Shown piece after piece: positions 1 through 11,626 of a stretch of 64,000 bases of DNA. The notes beneath the pieces were generated by a model. It made no database searches, was not told the DNA's origin, and saw only the letters and a list, made by a program, of their open reading frames with translations. The number at the start of each line of letters is the position of its first letter. Within the stretch, counting starts at the first letter, position 1. The stretch comes from Heteronotia binoei. Its lineage: Eukaryota. The stretch is taken from assembly GCF_032191835.1 (NCBI RefSeq), contig NC_083243.1, positions 180,544,001-180,608,000 of the forward strand. Direction: 5' to 3'. The translations under genes and the position numbers were made by a program.

Positions 1-149
1 TGCAGTGAGGCATGCTACTTACCGGTAATGGCTACCGTAGTGTCTTCCTTGGCTACCCAAGCTTTGCTGTGCATGCATGTTTTCCTTACAACATGAATGT
101 GTGTCTCTGACAACAATGGTTCTCATCATCTTTGCACTGGTGCGATCAT

Positions 150-345
150 TTAACAGGATCCCTCTTCCTTAAACTTAGCGTCCTTTTGTCTTGCTGAGAT
201 TATTCATGGGCGTCTAGTTTAGAGAGCCTGAAAAGCTGTCTTTGTTAAGGATGGCCGCAAAAAAGCAAAAACCTTTCCTTGACATGTTTTAACGAGATCT
301 TAAAGTTGTACCTCATGTGGGTTTCCTAAGTGTTTCAGTTCTCAC
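150..345 (+). pseudogene. Possible very decayed DIRS tyrosine-recombinase fragment
   Basis: Gapped translation suggests LNL.VL.VL...KAVF.LRMA.AKK...P..GF..KV.S; weak. Confidence 0.25.
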
Positions 346-518
346 AGTCTTTTTTTTTGTATGTTAACCCTTCTCTCTGCCTCTAACTAGGTGAGTTTCA
401 GGATGCTGGGTGCCACTGAAAGTAGCGTTTCAGTTCTCACAGACTTTTTTGTATGTTAACCCTTCTCTCTGCCTCTAACTAAGTGAGTTTCAGGATGCTA
501 GCTGCCACTGAAAGTAGC
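332..518. repeat. Tandem duplication of about 95 bp
   Basis: GTTTCAGTTCTCACAG...CCACTGAAAGTAGC x2. Confidence 0.9.
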
Positions 519-1339
519 TGTTTTCAGATCGGCTCCTCCTAAAAATACTTTTGAGTTTATAGATTCTTAAGCCGCTAGCTGAGGGGGGATGGTGTTTTAC
601 AAATTTCTTTTCAGCATGTTCAGTGATGGCACTATTATGGCCTCCCTTGGTTCACAGAAGGGCTCTTTATCCCCCCCCACCCTTCCTTCAGCAAATATAC
701 AGAACTTTAATAAGGAACAAATAAAAATAGTGTCTTTTGCCTTCCTTTATTGTAGCATGAGAAACATATTGTATATTAAGACAAGAGACAATATGATTTA
801 GCCAGGCCAGAAGTTCCTTACTGAAGACTTCTCCTGTCCATGCTTGTCCTCATTCTTTCTCTCCTGTTTTTTTTTTTTTTAATAAATAAAGGCTTTTTAA
901 AAAATTTTGGCCATCGCAACTACTTAGAAAGCACTCGACCCTTTTAAAATTCTACTGGTTTTAGTTTGCCAAGAAGCTATGTCTGTTAAAGGGAGAAAAA
1001 TTGTTTATTTGTCCTGTACATTTCCCACATTTGATGGAGCTACAGAAAAGGTAGGGGTAGTATCATCCAATCTAATCGAACCAGGGAAGATTCTGAAAGC
1101 CTTCTGCTCCAAGGCTATTTCTTGGGATTTCTTCCACTTAGTGATGGAAAGTGATGTCATGTCACAGCTGATTTATGGTGACCCCATAGGATTTTCAAGG
1201 AAAGAGGTAGTATGCAATTCCTTGCCTCTGCATCATGGCCCTGGTATTTCTTGGAGATCTCCCATCCAAATACAAGCCAGGGACAACCCTGCCTACCTTC
1301 CAAGATTTGATGAGATCAGGCTAGCATGGGCTATCCAGG

Positions 1340-1556
1340 TTAGGGAAAGCCTTATCTAAATTGATAGGGAAAGCCTTATCTAAATTGATAGGGAAACCCT
1401 TAGGGGAAAGTCTTAGGGTTAGAGAAAGCCTTATCTAAATTGATAGGGAAAGCCTTAGGGAAAAGCCTTAAGGTTAGGGAAAGCCTTATCTAAATTGATA
1501 GGGAAAGCCTTAGGGGAAAGCCTTAGGGTTAAGGAAAGCCTTATCTAAATTGATAG
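1340..1556. repeat. Modular minisatellite (AGGGAAAGCCTT / ATCTAAATTGAT / TTAGGG modules)
   Basis: Direct reading of repeated modules. Confidence 0.9.
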
Positions 1557-1639
1557 AAATGAGTACTGCAGGAAATGAATTTATTTGAAAGTCTCCCACC
1601 ACCTTCTCCGGACGAACACATTATTTGTATTGACATAAA

Positions 1640-1821
1640 CAGGGCTTTTTTGTAGCAGGAACCCCTTTGCATATTAGGCTGCACCCCCCTGATGTAGCCA
1701 GTCCTCCAAGAGTTTACAGTAGGCCCTGTAAGAAGAGGCCCTGTAAACTCTTGGGGATTAGCTACATCAGGAGGGTGTAACCTAATATGCAAAGGAGTTC
1801 CTGCTACCAAAAAAAGCTCTG
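1640..1821. mobile_element. Palindromic hAT MITE family C
   Basis: TIR CAGGGCTTTTTT; TSD GAC(A/G)TAAA; a related partial copy lies at 8267-8362. Confidence 0.85.
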
Positions 1822-2002
1822 GACGTAAAGATGAATAATCGAGACAGGAAAATGATGCCTTATCCAGAACCTTTTCTCCCAATGTGGCTTGTTCATGCAA
1901 GGTCAGCTCCAGTATGTATGGGTGGTGGATAAATCTGTAATCTCATGATTAGGGTTTGTAGAATCTTTCGGGCTCAAGTGCCGTGTTCTACTGGAGAAAG
2001 TT

Positions 2003-2100
2003 TTTCTTCCAGACGTTTCGTTCTCAGCTGCGGAGAACATCCTCAGTGGCGTTGCAGCCGGAGCAGGCGCTCTGTCCTTCTTGGCTGCTGTGCATTGAGT
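2003..2100 (-). mobile_element. Penelope-like terminal fragment
   Basis: CCAGACGTTTCG...CATCCTCAGTGG motif, typical of PLE ends. Confidence 0.45.
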
Positions 2101-3823
2101 CATAATCTCATGTATTAATAGCTATCTTTCCTACCACGTTCAAATGCCATCAGTGATCAAATGAGCATCATTGATTCCTAAAGCACAGCGCGTCACTGAC
2201 TGAGCCATATATATTCAACTAAGCACAAAGCTAGTGAAAGCACAAATCCCCAACATTGCAAAGGTTTCAGTATCGTTGGTGGCACTAGCTGCCTCTTAAC
2301 CTGTGATTCATTTCTTGATTGAATCAACAGTACATTTCCAAGCCTGATGGCGAAATCCTAAATAAATGCTTCTTGACTTTAAGATAGCGAACCGCAATTG
2401 AAAAAGGAATCAAAGTTGTAAAGCGAGGCAGACTGCTCATGGGAGGCACTTTTTTAATTGACAAAGCAAGAAAGCAAAAAGATTGTAATTTCTCTTCTGG
2501 TTAGATGTCAGGAACATTGGAGGAAATGTATGCATCGGTTATTACCGATATTTTTGGAAGCTCAGATAGCCAACCATGTGTCTAGCGTGCCGGTCTTCGA
2601 AATGGGGTTTAAATTAGAGGTCAAGTCAGTATATTTGCCTACTTTGGCTGCTGATTGTGGATTTTGAATCTTCCACATAACTGAAAATTGGTCTTGACTT
2701 GTTGAATGCAAATTATAGCTGCCTATGGAGAAATATTGTGGTCTGAGTGGTCCATTGTATAGCCAGAATGGTTTTCATCATGCACTCAGTATATGGGGGG
2801 AAATGTCAGAAGAGTTGCAATATATTACGTCATCTGTATCTCATCTGTTGGCGCCACAAAAGCCTAATTCTGTGTGCCATCAAACCAAATCAATTAGTAT
2901 AGTATCTTATTGCAGGCAACAGTCTTCTCATAAAAGAAATGTCATCTCTAAACAAGAAGCGGTGGCAAAGAAGGGTGTTTGAAATGGCTTCTGCTAGAAA
3001 TGTGTCAGAGCTTCATCCTAGTCAACTTTTTACGTTCCTGAATCATAGATGACAGAGGCTGAGTTGCAAAGGCATCGACCTCCTTAAATATCTCCACTTT
3101 CATCTTATTTCCCCCTAGGCATCTGTCTCAATAGGTTCAGTGTCTCCACTCACCATCTTCTTTAGTCCATTTCTGACTGTTATGAACAGAATAGAGGACA
3201 GCCTCTTTTTTCGGTTCTCGAAGGGAAATATTGGTTTTCCTGAAACAAACTTTGGAGAGGCTTGAGTATTAGAGATATTCCTTTTCTTCCCCTTCCAGTC
3301 TTTTAGTATTCCTCCTCACATTGGTTTCCTTTATGCCTTATCCTTGAAATGAATGGCACAACATTCTTGAACAATGATGGAGAACCACCATCTTAAGATA
3401 ACTTGGACTAAATTGTCCTTTTTATAATATCTGTTATACCTGACTTTCAAAGCTTTGTCTCGATGCCATAGCTTCACTTGATATTTCTACAATGCACTGA
3501 ACTAATTTGGGGCTCTCATTCAGCTTCCCTGTGGAATATTTCCCTACAACTTACTAAAGCCAGCCGTGTTAGATTCACAGAGTCATGGTTGCTCTGGCAG
3601 AGGAGACAACTTTCAGGAGCAAGAGCATGATAAGGAGGAAAGCGGTTGAGTTATACAGGATCGGAACCAGCGCAAGGAACCTGTGAGGATCCCTACTCCC
3701 CACAGCAGGAATGTTGATTCATGGGGTTTCAGGGCCTGTGCGGAGTAAAAGCCATGTGGGTTCAAAGCAGGATTGCCATCTCCTGGGGCTTGAGATCTCT
3801 CTGAATTACAGTTGATCTCCAGG

Positions 3824-4546
3824 TAGGGCTGCCAAGTCTGTGTTGGAAAACACCTGGAGTAGGGTTGCCAAGTCCAATTCAAGAAATATCTGGGGACTTT
3901 GGGGGTGGAGCCAGGAGATATTAGGAGTGGAGCCAAGATCAAGGCTGTGACAAGCATCATTGAACTCCAAAGGGAGTTCTGGCCATCACATTTAAAGGGA
4001 CGGCACACCTTTTCAATGCCTTCCTTCCATAGGAAATAATGAAGGATAGGGGGTACCTTCTTTTGGGGCTCATAGAATTGGACCCCCTGGTCCAATCTTT
4101 TTGAAACTTGGAGGGTATTTTGGGGAGAGGCACTGGATGCTATACTGAAAATTTGGTGCCTCTACCCAAAAAAACAGCCCCCCCCCAGAGCCTCAGATAC
4201 CCACGGATCAATTCTCCATGATTTTCTATGGGAATAAATCTCCATAGGGAATAACAGAGTTCCCAGCAGACATTTCCCTCCCCCCCCCCGCTTTCTGATG
4301 ACCCTGAAGCGGGGGGGGGCTCCAAACCGGGGGATCCCCTGCCCCCACCTGGGGATTGGCAACCCTAACCTGGAGACTTTGGGGGGGGGGGTGGAGCCAG
4401 GAGAGTGTGGGGTTTGGGGAGGGGAAGGGCCATAGAGTCCACCCTTCAAAGCAGCCATTTTCTCCAGGGAAGCTGATCTTCGTCAGCTGGAGATCACTTG
4501 TAAAAGTGAGAGATCTCCAGGCACCACTGGGAGGCTGACAACCCTG
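3824..4546. mobile_element. hAT MITE family B hosting the family A copy; itself inside another family B copy (about 3768-4697)
   Basis: Ends TAGGGCTGCCAA / GACAACCCTG; TSD TCTCCAG(G/A). Confidence 0.75.
3860..4367. mobile_element. hAT (Blackjack-like) MITE, family A
   Basis: TIR TAGGGTTGCCAA; perfect 8-bp TSD ACCTGGAG. Confidence 0.9.
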
Positions 4547-5469
4547 TCTCCAGATTATATAGACCAGTTCCTTTGGAGTAAATGGCTACTTTGGAGGAAG
4601 CATTCTGCCCTGCTGAGGTTCCTCCCCAAACCCTGCTCTCCCCAGGTTCCATCCCAAAATCTCCAGGGATTTCCCAACACAGAGTTAACAGGTGTAGTCT
4701 GGAGGTTGCAATGAGGAGGAGGCAAAATCATTCTCTTTCTCTTCCATCAGTAGATGTCACCTTACAGAAGAAACACCTGACAATTTTACACCTTTCCCCC
4801 CCTCCTCATTGCAGCCTTATTACTCCACATGCTTCCCTCGACATGGGGAAATATTTAGAAACTGTTGCTAAGGAAAGGGGGGGGGGTGCTATGCCTTCCA
4901 TTGACAGACTTCAGGATCCAACCCATAATTTCCATAGATGCTTATAATGCCCTATTCACCCATTTTCCTCCATGAGGTTTTTACATACACGTAGCAATTT
5001 TGTTCTCATTACCTCACAGAACTGCATTCGCAAAGGTTTTGCTACAGATTGCTGCCTAAAAGTTTAGTGTAGTTTTGTGTGGGGGGATTGGTTCAAATTG
5101 TGGAAATCACCTAGTTGACTGCTGAGGATAAACTACAATGTGATAAAGGGAAAAGGTCCTAGACTGAGACTTCAAGAACTTCTGGACTGTTGGTGGCAGT
5201 GTGTTGAAGAAGGCTACAACAGCTGCCCTGGAAAATGGGGGAAGATGACCAAACGGGTTAAAGCTTCATTAACCACGAAACTGTGTCACTTTTCTGTCAT
5301 GCTCCCAAATCAAGAATGAAATAACAAGTGCTCTTGATGGGCGGAAAAACTACTCTTTGATGCTATTAAGGTTTTTTTCTCTAAAATAATAAAAAGGGAA
5401 AAAAGAATCTGATATAACATTGTGAGATTTACTTTGTGCTTATTTATTTCCAAACCAGGTTGCTTTTAA

Positions 5470-5805
5470 CGATTCATAAACGCCTGGGGCTCTTTATCTC
5501 GGAGAAACGTCGACTGCGGGGTGACATGATAGAGGTTTACAAGATAATGCATGGGATGGAGAAAGTAGAGAAAGAAGCGCTTTTCTCCCTTTCTCACAAT
5601 ACAAGAACTCGTGGGCATTTGATGAAGTTGCTGAGCAGTCGGGTTAAAACAGATAAAAGGAGGTACTTCTTCACCCAAAGGGTGATTAACATGTGGAATT
5701 CACTGCAACAGGAGGTGGTGGCAGCTACAAGCATAGCCAGCTTCAAGAGAAGATTGGATAAAAATATGGAGCTGAGGTCCATCAGTGGCTATTAGCCACA
5801 GTGTG

Positions 5806-5844
<39 letters not shown>

Positions 5845-5932
5845 ATAATTTTTTTGGGCCACCGTATGACACAGAGTGTTGGACTGGATGGGCCATTGGC
5901 CTGATCCAACATGGCTTCTCTTATGTTCTTAT
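5470..5932 (+). mobile_element. CR1 LINE 3' fragment with an internal (TA)n(TG)n microsatellite
   Basis: LGLF..EKRRLRGDMIEVYKIMHG, TRTRGH..KL, FFTQRVIN.WNSL, FKR.LDK; 3' tail CCTGATCCAACATGGCTTCTCTTATGTTCTTAT. Confidence 0.95.
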
Positions 5933-6400
5933 AAAGAACCAGATATGGTTGACTTGCTTGCCAATTTTCAGTGAAGGAAATGTACAGGGAGGTGTGTTGC
6001 CCATGTTCAATTGACCAGGAGAGATATTGTGAATCACTATCATATTGGACAAAAGGGCAGAGATCACATGGCTGGCATGCACTGGACATTTCTCCAACAT
6101 GCACCTATGTCCACATGAAGCTGATTACTGATCAATCTATCCCAGTATTTTCTGCTTCACTTAGTCTTGCTTAGCTCTGTACCCAAATTCCTTTAAGTTA
6201 CCAAGGGTTTAAGCAAGACTTTCTGAATGCAATACAGACCAATGTTCTATCACTCTTTCCCTAGTCCTGACCATCCTTTAAACACTATCAAAAGATAGAG
6301 GGAGCATCACTCAGTGACAGAGCACCTTTGCATACATCTTTGCAACTATCTCCAGTTTTTTTTTTAAGGATTAGGTAGTAGGTGATGTAAAAGATCATGG

Positions 6401-6948
6401 TAGGGTTGCCAATCCCCAGGTCCCAGCGGGGGTTCTCCCACTTTCCCAGGCTCCTTCCCATTCCCAGGGAGCTGCCCCCACAGCCACCATGTGCCTTTCC
6501 ACCTCTGGAGGCTTCAGACTCCACTTGGAAAGGCTTCCTCTTGGGATAGTGTGTCTGTGTCTTTAAGGCTGAATGGGGGCGGGGTGAACAGGAAGAACAA
6601 CATGGCTACTCCCAATGGCTGTGAAAGCAGCCCAGACCCCATTGGTTGCACAATTTTTTGAGGTAGAGGCACCTAATTTTCAGCATAGCTTCTGATGACT
6701 CTCCACAAAATGCTCTCCAGGTTTCAAAAATATTGGACAAGGGGGTCCAATTCTATGAGCCCCGAAAGAACGCGCCCCTATCCTTCATTATTTCTAATGT
6801 AGGGAAGGCATTTAAAAGGTGTGCGGTTTCTTTAAATGCGATGGCCAGAACTCCCTTTGGATTTTAACTTTGGTTATGGCTCCACCTCCAATGTATCCTG
6901 GCTCCACCCCCAAATTCAATATTTATTGAATTGGACTTGGCAACCCTG
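6401..6948. mobile_element. hAT MITE family A (variant left arm)
   Basis: TIR TAGGGTTGCCAA; TSD GATC(A/T)TGG. Confidence 0.85.
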
Positions 6949-6984
6949 GATCTTGGAGAGTTACTGCCAGATAAAGGAGGCAAT

Positions 6985-7141
6985 TGTCATGGGTGCTGGG
7001 GACCCTGCAGAGGAAGACGAGTCTTCCGAGGAAACTGTACCCCTGCCACCTGCACCAGTACCCCTGCCTCCTGCTGAAGAAGATCCCAGCCCCCCTGCCT
7101 CGCCCTCTCGGGTGGCTCGTGTGCATGACCGCCTCCGTCAG
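6985..7141 (+). repeat. Truncated copy of the same LTR family as 18830-19426
   Basis: Aligns to the first about 157 bp of the solo LTR with the reading frame preserved. Confidence 0.9.
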
Positions 7142-7324
7142 ATGGTGATCCACGCTCCGATTACATCCAGTCAGTGCATGTGTTTAAAAAGTGCTGGTAG
7201 TCTTGCATAAGATTACACTGATTTCCATTAGTTTCTCTCCTCAGTACTTGGGAGAGCCCCCCCCCCCCAGTGCTGGTACTCAGTACCAGTGCATAACACA
7301 CACACCCAAAGCCCTGCATCCACG

Positions 7325-8250
7325 TGAGCGTACTAAAATGCATTTTACATGGGGCTGCCTATGAAAATGGTCCAGGAACTTCAGCCTGTCCAAAATTCAG
7401 CAGCCAGGCTATTGTCTGGGTGAGATACAAGGATCGTATTTCCCCAGCACGACTTACTTATTTCTGGACATGATTCAAAGTGTTGGATTTTACCTTTAAA
7501 GCCTTAAATGACTTTGAGCCAAGGTGCTTGAAGGATTTCCTCCTCTCATATTGTGTAGCCCATCAGTTAAGATCTGGGGAGGGACGGTGGCTCAGTGGTA
7601 GAGCATCTGCTTGGGAAGCAGAAGGTCCCAGGTTCAATCCCCGGCATCTCCAAAAAAGGGTCCAGGCAAAAAGGTATGAAAAACCTCAGCTTGAGACCCT
7701 GGAGAGCAGGGGAGGGACGGTGGCTCAGTGGCAGAGCATCTGCTTGGGAAGCAGAAGGTCCCAGGTTCAATCCCTGGCATCTCCAAAAAAGGGTCCAGGC
7801 AAATAGGTGTGGAAAACCTCAGCTTGAGACCCTGGAGAGCCGCTGCCAGTCTGAGAAGACAATACTGACTTTGATGGACCAAGGGTCTGAGTCAGTATAA
7901 GGCAGCTTCATATGTTCATATGATCTGCCTCACAAGCCCTGTTCTCTGTGCCCCCACCTTCCATGTAAGTTGGGTGGCAAATGGAGACAGGGCTTTTTCA
8001 GTACTGGCACCTTGCTTGTGAAATGCCCTTCGCCTTGTGGCTTGCCTGGTGCCTACATTGCTTTCTTTTAGGTGCCAGATCGAAATGTTGCTGTTCACCC
8101 AAGCTTTTAATGAAAGGGTTTATTTGAACATTTATTTTAATCTGAACCCTTATTTTATGCTGTTTGTGGTCTGTGGTATGGTCTATGTTTTTACATTGAG
8201 CTCAGTCCCCCCCTCCCCCGCCATAATGTTGATTTGTTATGATCATCTTT
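7325..8250 (+). mobile_element. Old L2 3' fragment interrupted by a SINE
   Basis: YMGLP.K..Q.LQ.VQN.AARL, FKV..FTFKALN...P..L.D.L; continues after 7927. Confidence 0.7.
7577..7921 (+). mobile_element. tRNA-derived SINE with CR1-like tail (Squam2-like), partial dimer
   Basis: A box TGGCTCAGTGG, B box GGTTCAATCC; two heads (7577 and 7709); TSD GATCTG (7571-7576 and 7922-7927). Confidence 0.88.
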
Positions 8251-8811
8251 TAATGTTGATGACAATCAGGGGTGGAATTCTAGCAGGAGCTCCTTTGCAT
8301 ATTAGGCCACACGCCCCTGATGTAGCCAATCCTCCAAGAGCTTACAAGGCTCTTTTTTGTAAGTACATAAATTCTTGCACCCAGAGATGGTGCTTCATCC
8401 ATGACACAGCGTTTCCAAGGAAGTTTTCTTTGGAGAAAAGAGCACCATAGACTTCTGTTTGCTTATATACCTAAGGACTGGACAGGAGTTACAAGGAAGC
8501 AGATTTAAGTATACAGCAGGAACTACTATTTAAAAAAACTGGAGTAAAAGAGTAATGTATAGAAAAGGATTTTATGTCCATTAAGACCATCTCCTTCCAT
8601 ATGTTCCTGTGCCCAGCTACAGCCATCTGCTGGCTATCTTGCTACTTAGAGTAACCCACAAACACTGACCAGAACCCAGGCCTTTTCTATCATGGTTCCC
8701 TGAAAGAGGTGGTGTCCCCACCACCCACCTTGGAGATCTTCAGGAGGTGCTGCAAGATACCAAAAAGGAATGAAGAGTGACTATCCCCTAATTTCTAGCC
8801 CATCGGTTAGA

Positions 8812-9008
8812 CAGGATTGCCAACCCCCAGGTGGGCCTGGGAGATCTCCCAGTATTACAACTAATCTCCTGACAATGGAGATCAGTTCCCCTGCAGAAAA
8901 TGGCTGCTGTGGAGGGTGGACTCTATGGCGTTATACCCCACTGAGGTCCCTTCCCAGGTTCCAACCCAAAAATTTCCAGGAACTTCCCAATCTGTAGTTG
9001 GCAGCCTG
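8812..9008. mobile_element. hAT MITE family B
   Basis: CAGGATTGCCAA...TTGGCAGCCTG; similar to 17247-17446. Confidence 0.75.
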
Positions 9009-9067
9009 CCTTTGGGTCATAAGAGATGGCAGCAGTATATCGCAGAAATGTCATATGGTGCCATTTA

Positions 9068-9662
9068 AAGAAGAAGAAGATCTTGGATTTATATCCCGCC
9101 CTCCACTCCGAAGAGTCTCAGAGCGGCTTACAATCTCCTTTACCTTCCTCCCTCACAACAGACACCCTGTGAGGTGGGTGGGGCTGGAGAGGGCTCTCAC
9201 AGCAGCTGCCCTTTCAAGGACAGAGGCTCAGAGCGGCCTACAATCTCCTTTCCCTTCCTCCCCCACAACAGACACCCTGTGAGGTGGGTGGGGCTGGAGA
9301 GGGCTCTCACAGCAGCTGCCCTTTCAAGGACAGAGTCTCAGAGCGGCCTACAATCTCCTTTCCCTTCCTCCCCCACAACAGACACCCTGTGAGGTGGGTG
9401 GGGCTGAGAGGGCTCTCACAGCAACTGCCCTTTCAAGGACAAGCTCTGCCAGAGCTATGGCTGACCCAAGGCCATGCTAGCAGGTGAAAGTGGAGGAGTG
9501 GGGAATCAAACCCGGTTCTCCCAGATAAGAGTCCGCCCTTTCAAGGACAACCTCTGCCAGAGCTATGGCTGACCCAAGGCCATTCCAACAGGTGCAAGTG
9601 GAGGAGTGGGAAATCAAACCCGGTACTCCCAGATACGAGTCTGCACACTTAACCACTACACT
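9068..9662 (-). mobile_element. Squam3-type (tRNA-CORE-L2 tail) SINE with internal tandem duplications
   Basis: tRNA-like head, CCTCACAGGGTG CORE motif, L2-like tail GAGCCGCTCTGAGAC...GGGCGGGATATAAAT, (CTT)n end; body unit x3 and head unit x2. Confidence 0.85.
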
Positions 9663-10171
9663 AAACTACACCTAGGCCCCTCTTGATAAGCATCTTTCTT
9701 CAACAAGAAATGCAATTCATTCAGTCAAAGCATTCCATAGACCACATAGATAGTTTACATTAAATCGTGTTACCAGCAGCACTAATAGCTAAACATAGTA
9801 CTGAAGAAGAGACAGTTTATTATTCAAGATATTAGTGTTAGGCACTACTAAAAACTGACCCTCACCTATCCTGTTTCTTTCAAGACTGTTTTTCATGCTT
9901 TTTGATATAGATGCAAGATTCAAGAGAAGTTAATGTGGGACGATATTTAAATAGAAGAAATAATTTTATTTTATTTTTAGGGAATCCAGCTTGTAAACAA
10001 TGTTAAATCTGAATATTTTTGTTTCTTTACCAAAAACCTCCACGAAATGAACAGTTGCTTTTTTTTTTTTAAAGGGAACTTGCAAAACGTTATATTTTCA
10101 ATTTAATAACAAGAAAATATTAAAAAGGGCCTTAAGGCTTCATGAATGTGAGAATGGGGTATACAAACTAT

Positions 10172-10457
10172 CAGCGTTTTCACACTGACCTTACTCCTGA
10201 GCGACGTCCCCCTTCACCGCGCAGCGTCTGCGCGGATTTCGCACCAATTGCTCCGCAGAACCCGGAAGAGCCGCAAAGTCCCACGGCTTTTGCGTCGCAA
10301 ATGTAAACCACCAAAAACCAGTTTACATTTGTGACGCAAAAGCCGCGGGACTTTGCGGCTCTTCCGGGTTCTGCGGAGCAATTGGTGCGAAATCCGCGCA
10401 GGCGCTGCGCGGTGAAGAGGGACGTCGCTCCGGAGTAAGGTCAGTGCAAAAATGCCC
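10172..10457. mobile_element. Foldback MITE, probably PIF/Harbinger type
   Basis: Near-perfect inverted repeat over its whole length; 3-bp TSD TAT. Confidence 0.78.
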
Positions 10458-11626
10458 TATATTTCTGTTCCAGCAACACCCTAGAATAAAAATCCCTTTT
10501 CAAATGAAGATGTGTAAGTCCCACAAGAATAGCAGAAAATTCAGACACTTGTGGGTATTAATTTCTGCAAAACTCTTGCCAGCTTCTGCTGCCTGTGATT
10601 CAGCTTGCTAGAAAGAAAGTCATGAAAGATTCGTGCGGAAGTGAAAAATGCCTCACAAAATTGGAAGAAAAAGCTGTATTTCATTTTGTGATCAGCCCTG
10701 GTGTGATTGGCACAAGAGTACCTTGAATGGCAGCCTCACTCACTAATTAGGTATATTTGAATTGGTCCTTATAGCTTTAGTTGATGGATCTACCAATTAG
10801 ACCAGTTAAAGCTTTCAGCCCCTGGTTTCTCTTACTGCTTTATTGCATCGTTTTGTTCAAAAATCCTTTTTTATGTTTGCCCTAAATATAGAGTATTTTT
10901 TATTTCTACTATTGAAGGTCAGAGGTTTTTGTGTGACTATCCTCTTTTGTGGAGCCTAAATGTAGGAGTGTCTCCACGTCATTTCTGTTAGGCATGCACA
11001 GCCCCGTTGTAGCTCTCCCTCGGACCTTCTCCAGACTGCCAAGGGCCAAGGAACTAATGAATGAAACGGGTGGCATTTGTTAAAGCGTGATTGTTTCCAT
11101 TCATTTTGTTACTCTTGCTCAATGAAGGAAATTAAGGGGGCTGGGGGAGAGGGATAGCTGTTCTGAAAGTGCATCCCTACCAGAGAGGATGAGCATAATC
11201 TATTTTTATATTACAATATGTGATCATTTTAAATACAATTTACAGTTTATTTTATTGTTACATTTTATCCAGCATGGTATTGTCATTAGAGTGTTGGAGG
11301 ATGGGAGGCTCACTCTGCTATGAAGCTTGCTGGAGACCTTGGGCCTGTTTTTCTCTCTCAGTTTAATTTAACTCACAGGATCGCTATGAGGACAGCATGG
11401 AAGAAGGAAATGCCACCCTGAACTCCTCCTTCAATCTACTACGTACCTACCTACATACCTACCTACCTACTTATCTATCGAGAGATAATTGTACCTGCAA
11501 CTGACAACAAAATGTTGATGGATCAACTGACAACAAAATGTGTGCCAATCAGAATAAACAGCCATTACCAAATAAAGTAACAGCAAAATGTAGTTCCTGG
11601 TATCAATCTACTCTATATAGATCTTC

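Noticed and set aside
979-1359. 126-aa ORF as a host gene
   Set aside because: No recognisable motif or splice structure, and it ends in a minisatellite.
3090-3340. L1 endonuclease relic on the minus strand
   Set aside because: Only faint NVRG/QET-like traces with several frameshifts; too weak to call.
3613-4458. ORFs of 60-160 aa over hAT MITEs (similar ones recur at 11.5, 15, 23.7, 26.7, 27.6 and 34.2 kb)
   Set aside because: They are chance frames in a non-coding repeat; frames and lengths differ from copy to copy.
7581-7655. tRNA gene (cloverleaf-like, anticodon loop TTGGGAA), also at 7713, 33745, 48001 and 51390
   Set aside because: The acceptor stem does not pair, and each copy continues into the same body and CR1-like tail; these are SINE heads.
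9100-9420. CRISPR-like arrays (also 13620-13950 and 37930-38320)
   Set aside because: Units are contiguous tandem copies without unique spacers, there are no cas genes, and the DNA is eukaryotic.
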